NCBI GenBank assembly: GCA_027593235.1
Contig: JAQCIU010000011.1
Span: 29,775 to 93,774 of the forward strand
DNA from: Chloroflexota bacterium
GTDB taxonomy: Bacteria; Chloroflexota; Dehalococcoidia; UBA2979
Reading direction: 5' to 3'
DNA length: 64,000 nt
The notes below the pieces were generated by a model. The model made no database searches and was not told where the DNA came from. It saw only the letters and a list, made by a program, of their open reading frames with translations. This document shows, piece after piece, positions 20,045 to 31,194 of this stretch; the first letter of the stretch is position 1, and each line of letters starts with the position of its first letter. The translations under genes and the position numbers were made by a program.

Positions 20045-21223
20045 ATGGGCCACATGGAATACGGGGAGAGTGTCGTGACCGCGGACGAATCGGACGCGCC
20101 GCCTGCCACGCCTTCGGCGATCGACCCGGATCGGGTCGTCGTGCGGCTGGCACGCGATGATGACTACCAGCGCATCGCCGATCACCTGGTGCTGTGTTTC
20201 GGGCAGTGGCCGTCGTTCGAGATTGCCTGTCCGGTCGTTGATCACGTGATCTGGAAAATGAACTCGAACCCGCGCGCCCGCTCCGAACAGATCATGGGCG
20301 TGCTGGACGACGATGATCGGTTCATCGTGTCGCTGGCGATCCGCGTGCGACGAGCGGTCTGGGTGCGTGGCCGCGAACTGGCCGCGATCGATCCGAGCGA
20401 TTCCGCGGTGCACCCGGACTGGCGACGGATGCGCGTCGATTCGAAGCGTCGAGGGCTGCGCGAAGCGTTGGGGCACCACCTCTGGGACATGTCCCTGTCC
20501 TGGCTGCCGCAGCATCCGGCGACGCGTAAAGAGAGCCTCACGCGACCGACGCTGGGCAACCGCGTACTGGTGTTCTGGAAGCCGGCGAACGTGCGCAATC
20601 TGGTGTCCGTGCAGTATCGCACGGCGGGACCGAAGCACGCGGCGCGCGTGGCGCTCACCGCATTACGGGCGTCGCTCGGCCGTCTGCCCAGCCGCTTGGG
20701 GGGCCGCGCAGCGGCGTCCTTCCGTGCCGAGATGGTGGACCTCGAGCGGTTCGATGATCGGACGGACGCGCTCTGGGAGGCGGCCAAGGCGCAGTTCGAC
20801 TTCGCCGTGATCCGGACGCAGGACTACCTGAACTGGCGCTACGCCGATCCGCGCTCGGGGCGCTGCGAGCTGCGCGCGGCCCTCGAGGATGGCGAGCTGA
20901 TCGGCTACAGCGTCACCAAGCCGTACGCGAATCCGGCGGAGATCGTCGATCTCCTCGTGCGACCGGGACGCCTCGATGCGGTTGCGGCGCTGGTAGGCGA
21001 TGCCGTCGCGCGCGTGGAGCGCGAGGGTTCGCGCGACATCCACTGCTGGCTCCCGCAGCACCACCCGTACGTGGGCACGGTGCGAAGCCTCGGGTTCCTC
21101 GATTCCGGGCGCGATCCCAGCGTGCGCTACCGCGCCGGGCAGATTGACCCGGAGGAGCTGGCGTTCCTGCAGGAGCCGCTGGCCGCGGTGCACATGACGC
21201 AGGGCGATTCCGACTTCGTGTGA
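20045..21223 (+). CDS. GNAT-like protein, paralog 1 of tandem array
   Basis: DHVIWKM, DSAVHPDWR, RTQDYLNWRYADPR, GDSDFV end. Confidence 0.75.
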   Translation: MGHMEYGESVVTADESDAPPATPSAIDPDRVVVRLARDDDYQRIADHLVLCFGQWPSFEIACPVVDHVIWKMNSNPRARSEQIMGVLDDDDRFIVSLAIRVRRAVWVRGRELAAIDPSDSAVHPDWRRMRVDSKRRGLREALGHHLWDMSLSWLPQHPATRKESLTRPTLGNRVLVFWKPANVRNLVSVQYRTAGPKHAARVALTALRASLGRLPSRLGGRAAASFRAEMVDLERFDDRTDALWEAAKAQFDFAVIRTQDYLNWRYADPRSGRCELRAALEDGELIGYSVTKPYANPAEIVDLLVRPGRLDAVAALVGDAVARVEREGSRDIHCWLPQHHPYVGTVRSLGFLDSGRDPSVRYRAGQIDPEELAFLQEPLAAVHMTQGDSDFV

Positions 21224-21309
21224 CGCGCCTGACAGCACACGGACGCGGTGCCTCCCGGCAGTCTCCCGCCTTCATGGGATGATGCGTACGCGGACTGCCG
21301 GGAGGCGCC

Positions 21310-22455
21310 ATGCCAGCCGCCGAGGAAGAGATCGTTCCGCCCGATCCGTCGTCGATCGTGCGGCCGCCGGGGATTGAGCCGGATCGCGTCATCGTGCGAA
21401 TGGCGACCGACAGGGATTACGAGGCGATCGCCGCCCATCTGCAACGCTGCTTCGACGACGGTTGGCCGTCGTTCGATCTGAACTGTCCGGTTGCCGATCA
21501 CGTGGCATGGAAGATGCATTCCGACCCGGAGTCTGCCTCGCAGCAGACCGTCGCGACGTTGGTCGATGACGATCAGTTCGTCGTGTCGATGACGATCTGG
21601 GTGCGCCGTCCACTCTGGTTTCGTGGCGAACAGCGGGTGGTGCTGGACGTCTGCGACATCTCCGTCCACCCGGACTGGCGGCTGATCAAGATCAACCAGA
21701 AGCGGCGCGAATTTCAGACCGAGCGCAACTTCGAGACACAGGACATGCAGATGTCCTGGCTGGCGAATCACCCTGCGACACGCCGCTCCGGTCTGCGCCA
21801 ACCGACGCTGGGCAACCGCGTGATCGTGCTCTGGAAGCCCGGCTCACTCCGCAAGCTCCTGCTGGTTCCCTACCGCGTGGTCGGCTGGCGCCGCTCGCTT
21901 GAGGTGGCACGCGAGGAGTTGTTGAGGCGATTTCGTCGGTCGAAGCCACCGGTGTTCGCTGGTCGGGTCGTGCCGCTCGAACGCTTCGATGATCGGACCG
22001 ACGCGGTCTGGGAAGCGGCGAAGTCGCAGTTCGATCTCGCTGTCGCGCGGACGCAGGACTACCTCAACTGGCGTTACGCCGATCCTCGCGCCGGGCGCTT
22101 CGAGCTACGTGCCGCGGTTGAGGGTGACGAGGTGATTGGCTACAGCGTGCTCAAGCCGTGGGCCGATCCCGCGGAGGTGATTGACCTGCTGGTGCGACCC
22201 GGGCGCCTGGATGCCGTGGCGGCGTTGATGCGCGATGCCTCAGCGCAGGTGCGCCAGGATGGCGTCGATCTGCACTGCTGGCTGCCAGGGCATCACCCGT
22301 ACGTCGAGACGGTGCGCGCCCTCGGGTTCCACGACTCGGGCCGCGACCCGAGCGTGCGCTACGTCCCCGCGAAGATCACGCTCGAGGAACTGGCGTTCCT
22401 CGAGGATGCCGACGCGCGGGTGCACATCACCGAGGGCGATTCTGATTTTGTGTAG
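21310..22455 (+). CDS. GNAT-like protein, paralog 2
   Basis: Same motifs as paralog 1 (DISVHPDWR, YLNWRYADPRAGR, GDSDFV). Confidence 0.75.
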   Translation: MPAAEEEIVPPDPSSIVRPPGIEPDRVIVRMATDRDYEAIAAHLQRCFDDGWPSFDLNCPVADHVAWKMHSDPESASQQTVATLVDDDQFVVSMTIWVRRPLWFRGEQRVVLDVCDISVHPDWRLIKINQKRREFQTERNFETQDMQMSWLANHPATRRSGLRQPTLGNRVIVLWKPGSLRKLLLVPYRVVGWRRSLEVAREELLRRFRRSKPPVFAGRVVPLERFDDRTDAVWEAAKSQFDLAVARTQDYLNWRYADPRAGRFELRAAVEGDEVIGYSVLKPWADPAEVIDLLVRPGRLDAVAALMRDASAQVRQDGVDLHCWLPGHHPYVETVRALGFHDSGRDPSVRYVPAKITLEELAFLEDADARVHITEGDSDFV

Positions 22456-22571
22456 ACGGTTCGGGTACCCGACGAGTTTCTAGACTGACCTGGTTCGAAT
22501 CGGCCTCACCGCCCGCGAGCTGACTGTTCGCGAAACGGCGTCGCTGGCCGATGCGCGCAGCAGGGCAGGCC

Positions 22572-23712
22572 GTGACTTCCGAAGAAGTGATCGTTCCTCC
22601 GGATCCATCGTTAATCGCCCGCCCGGCCGGTGTGGAGGCCGATCGCGCCGTTGCGCGGCTGATGCGCGATGACGACGTGCCGAGGCTCGTCGAGCACCTG
22701 CTCCGTTGTTTCGATGAGTGGCCTCCCTTCGCGGTGGATTGTTCGTTGGAGGACCACATCCGCTGGAAGATGCACGCCGATGACGAGTCGCGCGCCCGCC
22801 AAACCGTGGCAACTCCCCTGGACGACGACCGGGAGATCATCTCGTCGGCGTTTCAGATCCGACGGCTCTGTTGGATGCAGGGTGAGGAGCGTGTCTCCGC
22901 CGACGCGGCGGATCAGGCAGTGCATCCCGACTGGCGGCAGCTACGGGTCAACGACAAACGTCACGCGCTGCGCCGCGAGCTGGGTCTTGAGAATCACGAG
23001 TTCCTGATCTCCTGGTTGCCGAATCACCCGGCGACCCGACGGGCCGGCCTCCGCAATCCGATCCTCGGCAACCGCGTAATTGTGCTGTGGCGTCCGGGTT
23101 CGCTGCGGTCGCTACTGGCCGTGCCGGTTCGCCTGGCAGGTCGTCCGGAGCTGGGCGCACCAGCGGTGGTCGCGACTGGTGCAACGAGGCTCGGACGCGG
23201 CGTTCGCCGGGCAGGTGATCGACCTTGAACGATTCGATGAACGGACGGACGTGGTCTGGGACGCAGCGACGACGGAGTTCGACTTCGCGATCGTGCGACG
23301 GCACGCGTACCTGAACTGGCGCTACGCGGATCCTCGCGCGGGACGCTTCGTGATCCGCGCCGCGATCGAGGATGGCGAGGTCGTGGGGTACTGCGTGACG
23401 AAGCCGTACGCGAACCCGGCGGAGATCATGGACGTACTGGTCCGACCGGGTCGCCTGGACGCAGTCGCAGCGCTCGTGCGGGATGCGCTGCGGCTCGTCG
23501 ATGAGCGCGGAACCGGCTCACCTGATGTCCACTGCTGGCTCCCCCAGACGCACCCGTATCAGGCGGCGGTGCGCGCGCTGGGCTTCCTGGACTCTGGCCG
23601 CGATCCGAGCATGCGCTACTCGCCGGCGCTGATGTCCGAGGACGAACTGGCATTCCTCGGCGATCCGGCGACGCGCGTACACGCCACGCTGGGTGACACT
23701 GACTTCAGCTAG
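22572..23712 (+). pseudogene. GNAT-like protein, paralog 3, frameshifted near 23130-23150
   Basis: N-terminal half is in ORF 22551..23228 and C-terminal half in ORF 23080..23712; each aligns by eye to paralogs 1 and 2. Confidence 0.8.
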
Positions 23713-23732
23713 CGGGGACTTCAGCTAGCGGG
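23701..23732 (+). repeat. 16-bp perfect tandem duplication spanning a stop codon
   Basis: GACTTCAGCTAGCGGG twice. Confidence 0.9.
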
Positions 23733-23737
23733 TGCCG

Positions 23738-24652
23738 CTAGATCGGACCGCTGGAGGTGTCGCAGGCCTCGAGGGTGCCGAACTCGTAGCCGACGAGGAA
23801 CCAGTCCTGGCGCTGGCGTGAGCTGCCGTGAGTCCAGGTCTCCGGGTTGACGCGGCCCTGGAATTGTTCCTGGATGCGATCGTCACCGACGGCAGCGGCG
23901 GCGTTCAGTCCATCGCGGATATCCGCGTCCGTCAGCACCTCGATAAAGCCGGTCTCGACGGCGTGGTTCGCCCAGACGCCGGCGAGGCAATCGGCCTGTA
24001 ACTCGGAGCGGACGGCGGCGCTGTCCTCCCCCTGGCGATCGCCGCCGATTTGATCGAGCACGCCGAGCAGGTTCTGCACGTGGTGCCCGTACTCGTGGGC
24101 GATGATGTAGGCCTGCGCGAACGGTCCGCCGCTCGCACCGAAGCGGGTCCGCAGGTCATCGAAGAAGCCGAGGTCGATGAAGATCTGTTCGTCGGGCGGG
24201 CAGTAGAACGGACCGCTGGATGAGCTGGCGGCGCCGCAACCGGTGACGGTCTGGCCGGTGAAGAACTGGGTTCGCGCCAGCGGGTAGGGCTGACCACGGC
24301 GCTGGAACTCGTTCTCCCACCACGTCTGGACGCTGTTGACCACGGCGACGATCCGGCAGTCATCGCGTTCGTTCGCGTCGGCTCCGGTCACGCAGTCCTG
24401 TGCGAGCGTCGAGGGCGTGTCCGCGCTGCTGCCGACGCTCTCGCCGAGCAGCGATCCCAGGTCGCCATTCGATCCGAGTCTCTCAAGGCCCTCGATGCCT
24501 TCGCCGCCGCCAAGGACGGTGACGATGAGGAGGATCACGGCAATCAAGCCGCCGCCGGCGCCGGCTGCGGCGACGCCGCCACCGCGCACGCGGCGACCGC
24601 GCTGGTCGTCGATCTGCGAGGTGTCGAGGCGCGCGCTGCGCTTGAATCGCAT
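23738..24652 (-). CDS. Neutral zinc metallopeptidase (YpfJ-like)
   Basis: [17 protein letters not shown] (HExxH), [17 protein letters not shown]. Confidence 0.93.
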   Translation of the reverse strand: MRFKRSARLDTSQIDDQRGRRVRGGGVAAAGAGGGLIAVILLIVTVLGGGEGIEGLERLGSNGDLGSLLGESVGSSADTPSTLAQDCVTGADANERDDCRIVAVVNSVQTWWENEFQRRGQPYPLARTQFFTGQTVTGCGAASSSSGPFYCPPDEQIFIDLGFFDDLRTRFGASGGPFAQAYIIAHEYGHHVQNLLGVLDQIGGDRQGEDSAAVRSELQADCLAGVWANHAVETGFIEVLTDADIRDGLNAAAAVGDDRIQEQFQGRVNPETWTHGSSRQRQDWFLVGYEFGTLEACDTSSGPI

Positions 24653-24831
24653 GACAGGTCCGAGCTGCGAGTGGGTGCGGGCGCTCAGTGTACGGGTTCC
24701 CGCCATGCCGGCCCGCGGAGCACGAGGGCTGGTTGGCTCGGCGGGTCCGCGGGCGCGGGCCGGGACGTGCAGACAGCCGCCGGGAGACCGGCGGCTGTCT
24801 GTTGTACTCAAACGCGGGAGCGCGGCGGTCG

Positions 24832-26976
24832 CTAGGCGACGGCCTTCAGGCGCGGACCAGCGTTGTCGTCCGAATCCGCCTTGGCATCACGGAGACGGAA
24901 CCGGTTCACCTGGGAACGGAGTTCGTCGGCAAGTTCGCCGAGGCTCTCCGCACCGTTGGCAACCTGCTCCACCTGAGCCGCGACCTCCTGCGAGCTAGCC
25001 GAGACCTCCTCGGTGGCGGCCGAGTTTTCCTCGGCGACGGCGGCGATCTGCTCGGCCGACTCCCCGGCCGCGCGGCCGACAGCCTTGAGGTCGTCGATCA
25101 GCGTCAGCATGTCATCGCTGGCAGCCTTCACGACCGTGGAGCGGGTGGCGATCTCCGAGATCTGACCGCTGGCGCTTTCGACAGCGGAGAGGATCTGGCT
25201 GAGCGCATCCGCTGTTTCGGCGGCGGCCAGCGTGCCGGTCTCCATCTCCGAAGAGCCCGCCGTGATGGCGTCCACGGTCGCGTGAACGCCACCCTGCACG
25301 CCGTCGATCAGCGAGGCGATCTCCTGCGTGGCCTTTGAGACTCGTTCCGCGAGCTGGCGGACCTCGTCAGCGACGACCGCGAACCCGCGGCCCTGCTCGC
25401 CGGCACGTGCGGCCTCGATCGCCGCGTTGAGGGCCAGCAGGTTGGTCTGCGCGGCGATGTCCTCGATGACGGCGACAATCTTGCCGATCTCCGCGGACTG
25501 CTCGCCCAGCGAGGCGACCTCCTTGGAGGCCACGTCCATGGCATCGCGGATCCGGTCGATGCCGTCGACCGTGTTCTGCATCTTTTCCGAACCCGTACGC
25601 GCCGCAGTCGACGCGTCCTGGGCACGGGCGGATGCCTCGGCGGCGCCCTGCGCGACCTGATCGGCCGCGTTCGCAACGTCGGTGCGCGCCTTCTCTTCCA
25701 GCGTCTCCGCCGCAAGGTTCAGCTTCTCGACCGCGACGCTGAGGTCCTGCACGGCCTCGGCTTGCTGGCTGGTGCCCTCCGCGACCTGCGCGGTCGTCTT
25801 GGCGGTCTCGGTGGTCGCGGCGGCGGACTGCGTCGCGGCCTCGGACAGCTCGTCCTTCGCCGTGACCAGACGCATCACCGCTTCGGTCGTTCGACCGAGC
25901 ACCTCGGAGAGGGTCTCGATCATGCCCTTGAAGGATCGCCCAAGCGCGTCGTTCTCGGACCGCTGGTTGATCTCGACGGTGAGATCGCCCTCGGCGATGC
26001 GAGCGGCGGCGGTTGCCGCCTCCTGCAGGTAGCCCTGCATCTCGACGAAGGCGTTGCCCAGCACGTCATTGTTGGAGCGTGGGTTCGTCTGCACGCTGAC
26101 GTCGCCACGGGAAACGGCGGTCGCGACCTGGGCCATCTCTCGAAGGTAGGTCTGCATGCTGGCGTAGGACTTCGCCATGTCGCCGATCTCGTCGTTGGTG
26201 TTCACTTCGACTGTCGCGTCAAGCTCACCGACGGCGATGCGCGACAGGCCGTTGGAGACCTGCGAGACGCCACTCGAGATGCTCCGGGCGAGGTACACGC
26301 CGACAGCGAGGCCGATCGCAACGACGGCGACGATGATGACCAGCGTCAGGTTCCGTGCGGTGCTGTAGGTGCTCGCGGCACTCTCAGCCGAGTGCGCGGC
26401 GTCAGCCTCGAACAGGTGGCGCAACTCCACGATTTCGGTGATCGCGAGGGCGAATGCCGCTTCGCCTTCACCGCCGAGGACCGCTTCGCCGGCCTCGAAC
26501 GAGTGGTGCTCGGCTTCGAGGGCCTGGATCTCTGCGACCTCGACCATGTAGAGCGCCCAGTTGTGCTGGATCTCTTCGGCGAGGACAAGCGACTCACCTG
26601 ACAGGTGGCCGTTGGTGATCAGCTCCTCGATCAGGAGCGTGACGTCGGCGGCCTCGAGCGCTGCTGCCTCAAGGAGGTGGGTCGCTTCCGTCGAGAGCTC
26701 GGCAGACAGGGCCGGGTGCTCGGACGAAGCGATCTCTGACATCTGGGTGGCGAGCACGCCCTTGCTCAGTTCAATCTGAACGGTGAGCGCCTCTTCCTCG
26801 ATGGTTGAAACGGCAACGATCGATTCGAGGTCTTCCTCGTAGATGCGCTGAGCACCCGCGTCGATGGAGGCGAGGCGTGAGATGCTCACGTAGCCCAACA
26901 CCGCGACTAACAGAATCACGACGCCGAAGCCGCCGAGCAGCTTTGCGGCGATGGGGATTCGCTTACTTGCCAGCAT
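24832..26976 (-). CDS. Membrane methyl-accepting chemotaxis protein (4HB sensor, HAMPs, MA domain)
   Basis: Two TMs flanking a helical sensor; HAMP NDEIGDM; hairpin [38 protein letters not shown]. Confidence 0.95.
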   Translation of the reverse strand: MLASKRIPIAAKLLGGFGVVILLVAVLGYVSISRLASIDAGAQRIYEEDLESIVAVSTIEEEALTVQIELSKGVLATQMSEIASSEHPALSAELSTEATHLLEAAALEAADVTLLIEELITNGHLSGESLVLAEEIQHNWALYMVEVAEIQALEAEHHSFEAGEAVLGGEGEAAFALAITEIVELRHLFEADAAHSAESAASTYSTARNLTLVIIVAVVAIGLAVGVYLARSISSGVSQVSNGLSRIAVGELDATVEVNTNDEIGDMAKSYASMQTYLREMAQVATAVSRGDVSVQTNPRSNNDVLGNAFVEMQGYLQEAATAAARIAEGDLTVEINQRSENDALGRSFKGMIETLSEVLGRTTEAVMRLVTAKDELSEAATQSAAATTETAKTTAQVAEGTSQQAEAVQDLSVAVEKLNLAAETLEEKARTDVANAADQVAQGAAEASARAQDASTAARTGSEKMQNTVDGIDRIRDAMDVASKEVASLGEQSAEIGKIVAVIEDIAAQTNLLALNAAIEAARAGEQGRGFAVVADEVRQLAERVSKATQEIASLIDGVQGGVHATVDAITAGSSEMETGTLAAAETADALSQILSAVESASGQISEIATRSTVVKAASDDMLTLIDDLKAVGRAAGESAEQIAAVAEENSAATEEVSASSQEVAAQVEQVANGAESLGELADELRSQVNRFRLRDAKADSDDNAGPRLKAVA

Positions 26977-27626
26977 GTGAACGTTCCTCTGTGGTGTTCC
27001 CGCGCCCCCGCGGGTGCGCTCTCTCAGATCCATTGACGGCTCGCGCTCTCGCGCTCTTCGGGTTGCTGAGTTTGCGGCCAGCATTCTGGAGGGCCTCACC
27101 AGCCCCGCAGCATCTGGGCGGCCTGGCTGTTCGGCGTCCGCACCTTTCGTCCCGTGCTTCTACTGTCATGTGACATTGGTCACTTCGAGTCCGGGACCCC
27201 CCCAATGAGTGGCCCTCGGTTACCGAGTCATCAGCGACCCGTCAGCGCTGGGGCGGCAGGTGTGAGATAATCGGTTCGTCTGGCGGTCGCATGCCGCGAA
27301 TCACAGCCGTGAACCGGATCCGGGCGTTCGGGTTTCGCCCACCCTCGCGCGTGCGGGCAGGCCTGTTACGATCAGTGCACGCACACCGGTGGAGGCCAGC
27401 GTTCGCAGACGCTTCCCGGTGACCAACGCGACGCACGATTTCCCTCCCTGTAGGTGGACCCGCCTCGTCCAGCCTGCTCCGCGGCTCCCGTTGAGCGCGC
27501 GGGGGCTCGACGCTGCCAGGTTGGCCGCGACTATGCCCAGTGCGGCACGAGCGACCGTTCCTCGCCGATGCGAGGACCATCATTCACGGCGTCCCGCGAA
27601 CGGCGGGACCACCTGTAGGAGTTAGC

Positions 27627-29351
27627 TTGACTAGCACGTTTGCCGACCTCGGGATCCCCGAGGGCCTGTCCCAGTTCCTTGGGGATCTGGGCTTCACGAC
27701 CCCGTTTGATGTCCAGACCGCGACCATCCCGGATGCCCTCGCGGGTCGCGATGTCGCGGCGCGCGCCCCCACCGGCTCCGGGAAGACCCTCGCCTTCGGT
27801 CTCCCGCTGCTGATGCGCGTAGAGAACGCACGCCCAAGGCGCCCACGCGGCCTCGTGCTTGCACCGACGCGTGAACTCGCCGACCAAATCCAGCGCGAAC
27901 TCGATCCGATTGCCCGCGCCGGCGGACGCCGCGTGTCCGCCATCTACGGCGGCGTCGGCTATGACCCGCAGCGGCGCGCCCTCGCCCGCGGCGTCGACGT
28001 CATCGTCGCCTGCCCGGGCCGCCTCGCCGACCTGATCGAGCAAGGCGACCTGGACCTTGATGAGGTCCAGGTTGTCGTGATCGACGAGGCCGACCGCATG
28101 TCGGACATGGGCTTCCTGCCCGAGGTGAAGCGCTTGCTGAACCGCACCCCCAGCGACCGCCAGACATTGCTGTTCTCCGCGACCCTCGACGGCGACGTTG
28201 GCGTGCTCGCACGCGACTACCAGCGCGACCCGGTCCGCCACGAGATCGGCGATGGCCAGCCGAACGTCGAGGACATGCGCCACCTGTTCTGGCGCCTTGA
28301 GTCCTCCAGCCGCGTGGAGGTTGCCTCCGACCTGATCCAGGCCGCCGGCCCGACCATCGTCTTCGTGCGCACCCGACACGGCGCGGACCGCGTCGCGCAG
28401 CAGCTTGAGCGCACCGGCGCGACGGCCGCCGCGATTCACGGCTCACGCTCGCAGAACCAGCGCAACCGCGCGCTCAAGTCCTTCGCCGACGGCAAGGTCG
28501 AAGCGCTGGTCGCCACCGACGTCGCCGCGCGTGGCATCCACGTTGACGGGGTCGCCTGCGTGTTGCACTTCGACCCGCCGGTCGACGACAAGACCTACGT
28601 CCACCGTTCCGGCCGCACGGCGCGTGCCGGTGCTCAGGGCGTCGTTGTCTCGTTCATTGCGAACGACCAGCGCCGCGACGCGGACCGAATGATCCGCAAC
28701 CTCCGCCTGGACGCCGACCTCAACACCCCCGCACCGACCTCGATGCAGGCCGCGAAGGAGCGACTGGAAGCCGAGCCCGGCGACAGCTTCGCCGACCGGC
28801 AGCTTGAGGAACGCGACCGCGAGTCGCGCAGCAGCTACTCGGACAACGGCGGTTCCTCGAACCGCGCACCGCGCGGCCGAGGCCGCCCGGGCGCCGGCAA
28901 CGGGAATGGCAGCGCGCCGAGGCGAGATAGCGCCCCGCGCCGCGACAGCGCCCCGCGTCGTGACGGCCCACCGCGAGGTGACAGCGCCCCACGTCGTGAC
29001 GGCCCATCGCGAGGCGACAGCGCCCCGCGTCGTGACGGCCCACCGCGAGGTGACAGCGCCCCGCGTCGTGATGGCCCACCGCGAAGCGACAGCGCCCCGC
29101 GTCGGGATGGCCCGCCGCGAGGCGACAGTGCCCCGCGTCGTGATGGCCCGCCGCGAGGCGACAACGTCCCGTGGCGCGAGGGTGCCCCGCGGGGTGGCGG
29201 TACTCCTCGGAGCGCCGGTGCATCGCGAGATGGGGGCGGTCGCAACAACCGCAGTGGCGGTGAAGGCCGAAGCAACGACAGCCGCCGTACCGGTAGCCGC
29301 AGTACGGCCACCGCCCGACGCCCGAAGGGTTCGGTCGGCGGCCGCCGCTAA
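27627..29351 (+). CDS. DEAD-box RNA helicase with repetitive C-terminal tail
   Basis: Q motif, APTGSGKT, PTRELA, DEAD, SAT, ARGIH, HRSGRTAR; TTG start after an AGGAG. Confidence 0.96.
   Translation: MTSTFADLGIPEGLSQFLGDLGFTTPFDVQTATIPDALAGRDVAARAPTGSGKTLAFGLPLLMRVENARPRRPRGLVLAPTRELADQIQRELDPIARAGGRRVSAIYGGVGYDPQRRALARGVDVIVACPGRLADLIEQGDLDLDEVQVVVIDEADRMSDMGFLPEVKRLLNRTPSDRQTLLFSATLDGDVGVLARDYQRDPVRHEIGDGQPNVEDMRHLFWRLESSSRVEVASDLIQAAGPTIVFVRTRHGADRVAQQLERTGATAAAIHGSRSQNQRNRALKSFADGKVEALVATDVAARGIHVDGVACVLHFDPPVDDKTYVHRSGRTARAGAQGVVVSFIANDQRRDADRMIRNLRLDADLNTPAPTSMQAAKERLEAEPGDSFADRQLEERDRESRSSYSDNGGSSNRAPRGRGRPGAGNGNGSAPRRDSAPRRDSAPRRDGPPRGDSAPRRDGPSRGDSAPRRDGPPRGDSAPRRDGPPRSDSAPRRDGPPRGDSAPRRDGPPRGDNVPWREGAPRGGGTPRSAGASRDGGGRNNRSGGEGRSNDSRRTGSRSTATARRPKGSVGGRR
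28926..29195 (+). repeat. 36-bp coding tandem repeat (DSAPRRDGPPRG, about 6-7 units)
   Basis: Direct reading of DNA and translation. Confidence 0.92.
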
Positions 29352-29374
29352 CGCACGTCCTCCGAACTGACACG

Positions 29375-29403
29375 CAACAGCGGCGCCATCGGCGCCGCTG
29401 TTG
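29375..29403. terminator. Probable bidirectional intrinsic terminator hairpin
   Basis: CAACAGCGGCGCC-ATC-GGCGCCGCTGTTG, a perfect 13-bp stem between convergent genes. Confidence 0.7.
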
Positions 29404-29435
29404 TGGTTAACGAGGGTGTGTGGGGCGGTGGTTGG

Positions 29436-30482
29436 CTAGCCGGCCTCGAGCGTGGGATCGGCGCTGACGCCGACGAGCGTCTTGCCGAAGTTCCGGCCAG
29501 CCATCATCGCCCGAAACGCGCTGGGCGCCTGCTCGAGGCCGGGCCACAGGTCTTCCTTGTACTGGATCTGGCCGCCCCGCAGCCACGCACCCATCTCGGT
29601 GAGGAACTGGTCGCCGTACTCGGGGACGAACTTGCCGACCGACAGTCGTTGTGCCTCGACACCCTGGCGGGTGAAGGTCGCTTCGCCGCGCGCAAACCAC
29701 GCGCCGATCGAGGAATCGAAGTCGTCATTCCCGTACTCGGAGATCAGACCGCAGAGGCTGATGCGCGACTTCTGGTTGAGCACCGGCAGCACCGCATCGA
29801 ACACCTTGCCGCCGACGCTCTCGAAGTAGACATCGACACCGTCGGGACATGCCGCCGCAAGGTCCGAGGCGAGACTCTCGCTGAGGTGGGACACGCACGC
29901 GTCGAACCCGAGGGTCTCCGTCACGAACGTGCACTTCTCCGCGGCCCCGGCGATGCCTACGACCCGACAGCCGAGAAGCTTGGCGATCTGTCCGACAACC
30001 TGGCCGACGCCACCCGAGGCTGCCGACACCACGACAGTCTCAGCGGCCTGCGGCGCGCACTGAATCACCAACCCGGAGTACGCGGTCAGCCCGAGCATTC
30101 CCAGCACGCCGACCGCCGTCGAAATCGGCGCGACCGACGGATCGAGATTCCTCGGGAACATGTAGTTGAACGCGGAGATGCCGTCGCCGGTCAGGCCGTA
30201 TTCCTGCCAACCGTTGGTGTTGAACACGAAGTCACCGGCCTCGTAGCCGGGCAGATTACTTTCGACCACCTGCGACACGGTCCGCCCGTGGCAGACCGCA
30301 CCCAGCACGTCCGGGTCGCTCCGCCAGCGATTCCACTGATAGGGGTCGAGCGACAGGTAGATGGTGCGCGTGAGCATCTGGTTCGGCCCCGGCGTGGGGA
30401 TCGGCGTCTGCAGGATGCTGAAGTTGTCATCCGCCGCGGTGCCGTCGCTGGGTCGGCTGGCGAGCAGGTACTGGATGTTCAT
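29436..30482 (-). CDS. NADP-dependent oxidoreductase (PTGR/CurA-like MDR)
   Basis: YLSLDPY, LGMLGLTAY, VSAASGGVG, GVDVYFESVGG, NFGK. Confidence 0.92.
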   Translation of the reverse strand: MNIQYLLASRPSDGTAADDNFSILQTPIPTPGPNQMLTRTIYLSLDPYQWNRWRSDPDVLGAVCHGRTVSQVVESNLPGYEAGDFVFNTNGWQEYGLTGDGISAFNYMFPRNLDPSVAPISTAVGVLGMLGLTAYSGLVIQCAPQAAETVVVSAASGGVGQVVGQIAKLLGCRVVGIAGAAEKCTFVTETLGFDACVSHLSESLASDLAAACPDGVDVYFESVGGKVFDAVLPVLNQKSRISLCGLISEYGNDDFDSSIGAWFARGEATFTRQGVEAQRLSVGKFVPEYGDQFLTEMGAWLRGGQIQYKEDLWPGLEQAPSAFRAMMAGRNFGKTLVGVSADPTLEAG

Positions 30483-30931
30483 GACATCTTCGCGATCTGG
30501 TCGGCGTGATCGTTCAGGTGCCATGTGGCGTGGGCGAGTACGGCGTCGAGGGTGTTCGGGAGCTCGCCAGCATTGAGGTCGGCTGGCCTCACCAGGTCGG
30601 CATCGCTCGCGTTGGCGATCGTACTGTCGACCAACGCGCCGCCGCTATCGAGAGCAGACACCGCTTCGGCGCTGCTGGCCAGCGAGAGTCGAGCCGGCAC
30701 GTTGGGATCACCGGTCTGCGTGTACTTCTCGGCTGCTGGTTCACCGCGCATCGCGGCGACAGCGATCCCCGCGAGCCCGGTGTCACGCTCGATGCAATGC
30801 TCGGCCGCGCGCCTCGGCGTCCAGCCGTCGTCGTCTGCCACTTCCCATCGGTCGCCGACGGCGGTGAGCGCCTCACGGAGTTTCAATCGGGCAGTGGTGA
30901 GTGCTTGATGACGGTCGTCGGCGGTTGGCAT
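30479..30931 (-). CDS. DinB-like protein
   Basis: GWTPRRAAEH and WHLNDHADQI His-triad pattern. Confidence 0.6.
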   Translation of the reverse strand: MPTADDRHQALTTARLKLREALTAVGDRWEVADDDGWTPRRAAEHCIERDTGLAGIAVAAMRGEPAAEKYTQTGDPNVPARLSLASSAEAVSALDSGGALVDSTIANASDADLVRPADLNAGELPNTLDAVLAHATWHLNDHADQIAKMS

Positions 30932-31194
30932 GTCTGTGCTCCTCGATCCCCACGGCCGCGCTCCGTGCGACGTCGGCGCGGGCGTCGCCGGCACTCTACC
31001 GCGAAGCGCGACAGACCGAGGCGGCGTGGAGCACTCGCTGCGCGCGAAGCGTGATCTACTTACTCGGCCGCGTCAGCATTCGGTTGGGCGGTGGAGCGTG
31101 ACTGGGCGTCTGCCGCCTCGCTTCCCGGGCCGCCAGATCGCAAACGCACGTCTCTATAGGGTGGCTGCGTGGATCTGCGCGTCGGTGTCGAGGA

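Noticed and set aside
26980-27240. Possible c-di-GMP riboswitch in the MCP leader
   Set aside because: Only scattered resemblance (GCAAAC, GAAA, GGACGC) without the correct order and pairing; would need an Infernal/Rfam search
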